A DNA stretch of 64,000 nucleotides. Origin: Octopus vulgaris (taxonomy: Eukaryota). Below are positions 59,229 to 64,000 of the stretch, one piece after another. The stretch lies in contig OX597816.1 in the NCBI GenBank assembly GCA_951406725.2, positions 125,860,001-125,924,000 of the forward strand, read 5' to 3'. The stretch's first letter is position 1, and the number at the start of each line of letters is the position of its first letter. Under the pieces are notes generated by a model that saw only the letters and a list, made by a program, of their open reading frames with translations, had not been told where the DNA came from and made no database searches. The translations under genes and the position numbers were made by a program.

Positions 59229-59505
59229 TATACATACATACGCATAAACATATATACAAATCAATCATAAATAAAAGAAAATGTGTGTATATATAGACAT
59301 ACAACTGTAAGGCAAATATATGCATATGAATAAGTGTAGAGTCAGTACATATATATAGATGTATACACATACATATATATGTATACATATATATATATAC
59401 AGACAAACACACATACAGGAGAACATAAACAGGCAGAGAGAATAAATACATGTCTATAAATATGTATATACAAAAAATATATGCATATGAATACATATAC
59501 AAATA

Positions 59506-59595
<90 letters not shown>

Positions 59596-60062
59596 TAAAC
59601 AAAATATATACGATAATACACACATTATTATACTATCAACAAACTTATTATTAAACTATCAACAAGAGCCACTAATATATAGCATTCTACACATAGATTG
59701 ATGATATACATAAAATTAAAATACTATATGTATATGCATATATACACAAACACATCTATCATCCACCACACACACACATATATATATATACATACATACA
59801 TATACACAGACATAAACGACACACATGATACATGTAGAAACAGAGACATATGCATGCCCACACATATATATTGTAAATATATATTTTATATATATATATA
59901 TATAGATCTATCAACATGCCTGTTTGTGTGTGTATATGTACACACACACACACTCATGTTTATACTAATTCAAATACAATGGTTAATATAATTGCAAATG
60001 TAAATATACAAAAATATACACACATGTATATTTATATAATTGTGTGCATGTGTGTGTGTGTG

Positions 60063-60095
<33 letters not shown>

Positions 60096-60458
60096 ATACA
60101 CACACACACACATACATGATGATCCCAGGCATTTATTCACCTAGTCACCGGAGTAAAACATATGTATGCATACTTTTTTTATTATTTCTTATGTTCATTC
60201 TGTTAATTTAAATTTTATTTCTATTAAATATTTTGATATGTTTTCATCATAATACAAATAAAATTAAATAAGTATCCGCAATATTTCTTCTCCATTTTCT
60301 TATATACACTTAACAATATATTGGACAGTTTATCCCGATGTATTGAGGATTTTTCTCTCAATATATAAGCTGAGATCACCATTTCATATCCAGATGTTTA
60401 AAAATATCTGACAAGTAAATTACATCCTCATTTTGGACAGTATACATCCATCTCTCTT

Positions 60459-60496
<38 letters not shown>

Positions 60497-60596
60497 GATA
60501 TGTAGATTCATATATATCCATACATATATATACATATGTATATACATATATATCCATACATATATATAGATATGTATATATTTATATATATGTATG

Positions 60597-60805
60597 GATG
60601 CAGCACGGATTTTTGTCAGTGAACAGGTCGCGGTCTTAAAGTGGCAAAAATAATTTGACAAATTAAGCTTACATGTTGAAGTGAATTGAACAGCTTTTAT
60701 GTGTTTCTTAAATGGCTTACAAACACTTTCCATGCTGCAATTGGTTTCGTTTCAGCACACGATCTCAGATGAAATCACTTGCAATGCATGTACATCTCTG
60801 TAATA
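60597..60805 (+). mobile_element. Solo 3' terminus of the GIY-YIG PLE (older copy, ribozyme core damaged)
   Basis: Reverse complement of 8783-8988; GTGAACA fold at 60612-60662 with GAAA mutated to AAAA. Confidence 0.8.
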
Positions 60806-61316
60806 TGTATATATATATACATATACATACATATGTATACACATATATATCCATATATATATACACATATATATATCCAAATATATAAATATATATATAT
60901 ATACATATATATAAATATATATATATATACATATATAAATATATATATATATACATATATATAAATATATATATATACATATATATAAATATATATATAC
61001 ATATATATAAATATATATATACATATATATATGTATATACATATCCATACATATGTATATACATACATATATATATGTATATACATATCCATACATATGT
61101 ATATACATATCCATATATATGTATATACATATACATACATATAAATATACATATATATATATATATACATGTACACATATATATCCATATATATACATAT
61201 ATATATCTAAATATATATATATATATACACATAAACAATTGCAGCGTGGGAGGTGTTTATAAGCCATTTAAGAAACACACAAAAGCCGTTCGATTCACTC
61301 CAACATTTAAGTTTAA

Positions 61317-61366
61317 TTTGTCAAAATATTTTCGTCGCTAAAATCCGCGACCTGTTCACTGACAAA
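61317..61366 (-). ncRNA. Putative minimal type I hammerhead ribozyme with G3:C8-swapped core
   Basis: UUUGUCA-GUGAACA-G-GUCGC-GGAUUUUA-GCGAC-GAA-A-AUAU-U-U-UGACAAA: 7-bp stem I, 5-bp stem II, palindromic AAUAUU stem III. Confidence 0.65.
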
Positions 61367-62316
61367 GTCCGTGCTGCATCTAAGAAAGTAACAGTTAGTT
61401 CGTCATATATATGTATGTACGTATGTATGTGTGTATGTATGCATACATGTGTGTATGTATGTACGTATTCATGTCCGCACATACGCCTGTGTATGCATGT
61501 ATGTATGTATGTATGTATATATGTATGTGTGTGTATAAGCACGCACATACACTCTATAAAACATAAAGTTATAAACCTGTAGGGATGGATGGATGTAGAG
61601 TGACCACTCATCACAACGCTATCAAATTTCAACTCCCTACGGCCGAGGCTAGAAAGTGAATTTATGACGCTTGCTCACAAGAACTATACCCTAAAATCTA
61701 TTATCAGATTTTTATCTCTATATCACAGAACTAATGTTTTACTATTGTTCGTATGTATGTATGTATGTGCGTATGTATGTATGTATGTATGTATGTATGT
61801 ATGTATGTACATACGTACGCATGTGCGTATGTATGTATACGCGCCCGTATGCATGTGCCCATGTATGTGTGTGTGTACATGTACGTGCGTATGTACGTGT
61901 GTATGCCCATACGTAGGTATGTATGTATGTTTGTATTCATGTGCTACGTATGTATGTGAGTGTCTAGGAGAATGGGCAGATGTGTCCGTGAGAGTGTGTA
62001 CATGTGTATGTGTATGTGAACGTATGTCCGTGTACTGGCATGTGTCCGTCCAAGTTGTGTACATGACTGTTACTTAGCTGAAGGTTGTATACATATTTAC
62101 ATATATGTTTGTATAGACGCACACACATATATATATATGTGTGTGGGTGTGTGTTTGTTCCTCTCATCGTCGTCTAACCGTGAATGGGTACAACGCCTAG
62201 GTGCGACTGTTCGTATCAAACAACGTCTGCTCATACCGTTGTATATAACTGCACATACGCATTGCAACCTGTATGTAAGGACTACAGGTGAAAGGGAGAG
62301 AGAGAGAGAGGGGTGG

Positions 62317-62703
62317 TTATAGAATAGTCCTTCTGAATGGGATCTGGATGTTATTCCATTCGGACTTTCGGTTGAGAGTAGGTTTGTATTCTTGTATACA
62401 AACAGCTTCTGTGACCTGTCTCAACATTGCATCGGTGGGATGTGTAGATAGGATGTTCAACTTAAGCTCCCTAAGGATCCCTTGTGGCAGTCTACAGCAT
62501 GTTGGTAGAAGATGGAGTTTGGCTTCCTTTCAATGTAGTTGTCCAGGTGTTCTTTGAACCTATCATTGATGCTTCTAGAGGTCTCACCTATGTATGACTC
62601 CGGGTTAGCCGCGCAAGCTCCCTCCTGGCACTTAATCTGGTATACAGTGCCCTTGGTTTTACAATTTACGTGTGGATTTGTCGAACACACTGCACAATTA
62701 CTC
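62317..62703 (-). pseudogene. Inverted copy of the GIY-YIG segment with a 1-nt deletion
   Basis: GCTCCCTAAG (~62466-62475) versus GCTCCCCTAAG in the other arm causes a frameshift. Confidence 0.85.
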
Positions 62704-63155
62704 AGACAGGTAGGACTATCAAATCGGCATTATGCAGATCATATCCATTTGATAGAATCACCTGTCAGAGTAATTGTGCAGTGTGTTCGACAAATCCACA
62801 CGTAAATTGTAAAACCAAGGGCACTGTATACCAGATTAAGTGCCAGGAGGGAGCTTGCGCGGCTAACCCGGAGTCATACATAGGTGAGACCTCTAGAAGC
62901 ATCAATGATAGGTTCAAAGAACACCTGGACAACTACATTGAAAGGAAGCCAAACTCCATCTTCTACCAACATGCTGTAGACTGCCACAAGGGATCCTTAG
63001 GGGAGCTTAAGTTGAACATCCTATCTACACATCCCACCGATGCAATGTTGAGACAGGTCACAGAAGCTGTTTGTATACAAGAATACAAACCTACTCTCAA
63101 CCGAAAGTCCGAATGGAATAACATCCAGATCCCATTCAGAAGGACTATTCTATAA
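62703..63155 (+). CDS. 5'-truncated PLE ORF: Cys-rich linker plus GIY-YIG endonuclease
   Basis: TGRTIKSALCRSYPF..CQSNCAVC..CKTKGTVYQIKC..SYIGETSRSINDRFKEH..HAVDCH..RQVTEAVCIQEYKPTLNRKSEW. Confidence 0.9.
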   Translation, partial: QTGRTIKSALCRSYPFDRITCQSNCAVCSTNPHVNCKTKGTVYQIKCQEGACAANPESYIGETSRSINDRFKEHLDNYIERKPNSIFYQHAVDCHKGSLGELKLNILSTHPTDAMLRQVTEAVCIQEYKPTLNRKSEWNNIQIPFRRTIL

Positions 63156-64000
63156 CCACCCCTCTCTCTCTCTCTCCCTTTCACCTGTAGTCCTTACATA
63201 CAGGTTGCAATGCGTATGTGCAGTTATATACAACGGTATGAGCAGACGTTGTTTGATACGAACAGTCGCACCTAGGCGTTGTACCCATTCACGGTTAGAC
63301 GACGATGAGAGGAACAAACACACACCCACACACATATATATATATGTGTGTGCGTCTATACAAACATATATGTAAATATGTATACAACCTTCAGCTAAGT
63401 AACAGTCATGTACACAACTTGGACGGACACATGCCAGTACACGGACATACGTTCACATACACATACACATGTACACATGCATACGGGCGCGTATACATAC
63501 ATACGCACATGCGTACGTATGTACATACATACATACATACATACATACATACATACATACATACATACATACATACATACGCACATACATACATACATAC
63601 GAACAATAGTAAAACATTAGTTCTGTGATATAGAGATAAAAATCTGATAATAGATTTTAGGGTATAGTTCTTGTGAGCAAGCATCATAAATTCACTTTCT
63701 AGCCTCGGCCGTAGGGAGTTGAAATTTGATAGCGTTGTGATGAGTGGTCACTCTACATCCATCCATCGCTACAGGTTTATAACTTTATGTTTTATAGAGT
63801 GTATGTGCGTGCTTATACACACACATACATATATACATACATACATACATACATGCATACACAGGCGTATGTGCGGACATGAATACGTACATACATACAC
63901 ACATGTATGCATACATACACACATACATACGTACATACATATATATGACGAACTAACTGTTACTTTCTTAGATGCAGCACGGACTTTGTCAGTGAACAGG

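Larger units (their letters stand above)
61236..64000. mobile_element. Penelope-like element 3' end present as a long fold-back palindrome (runs off the window end)
   Basis: 61351-62703 is the reverse complement of 62768-64000; each arm carries the GIY-YIG coding segment, a microsatellite-rich 3' region and the hammerhead-like terminus. Confidence 0.95.

Noticed and set aside
60597-61380. Single TIR element bounded by inverted copies at 60597-60745 and 61236-61380
   Set aside because: The copies are clearly diverged and the right one belongs to the younger palindrome; better explained as independent insertions of the same PLE terminus

Overview
AT-rich eukaryotic (animal) genomic DNA. The SINE/LINE families and vast (TA)n/(TACA)n tracts suggest an octopod cephalopod (inference). 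There are no prokaryotic genes, rRNA, bona fide tRNA or CRISPR arrays. About 47 kb is a mosaic of mostly defective mobile elements inserted in TA microsatellites: RTE and CR1-type LINEs (one near-intact CR1 ORF2 broken by a single T-run frameshift), several tRNA-derived SINE families, a full-length IR/DR Tc1 (DD34E), mariner, maT-like and piggyBac remnants, three non-autonomous Helitrons and several Penelope-like elements (PLEs). A TE-poor block (~47.6-58.9 kb) carries candidate minus-strand cassette exons of an unidentified host gene, including a 24-nt microexon. The most notable signals are three. (i) A >2.6-kb fold-back palindrome of a GIY-YIG PLE 3' end whose centre is a native imperfect hairpin inside the coding sequence. 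(ii) PLE termini carrying non-canonical minimal hammerhead-ribozyme folds (a G3:C8-swapped GUGAACA core and a CCGACGA core). (iii) A recurring fold-back architecture across several unrelated repeat families. All family assignments come from manual motif reading, not database searches.
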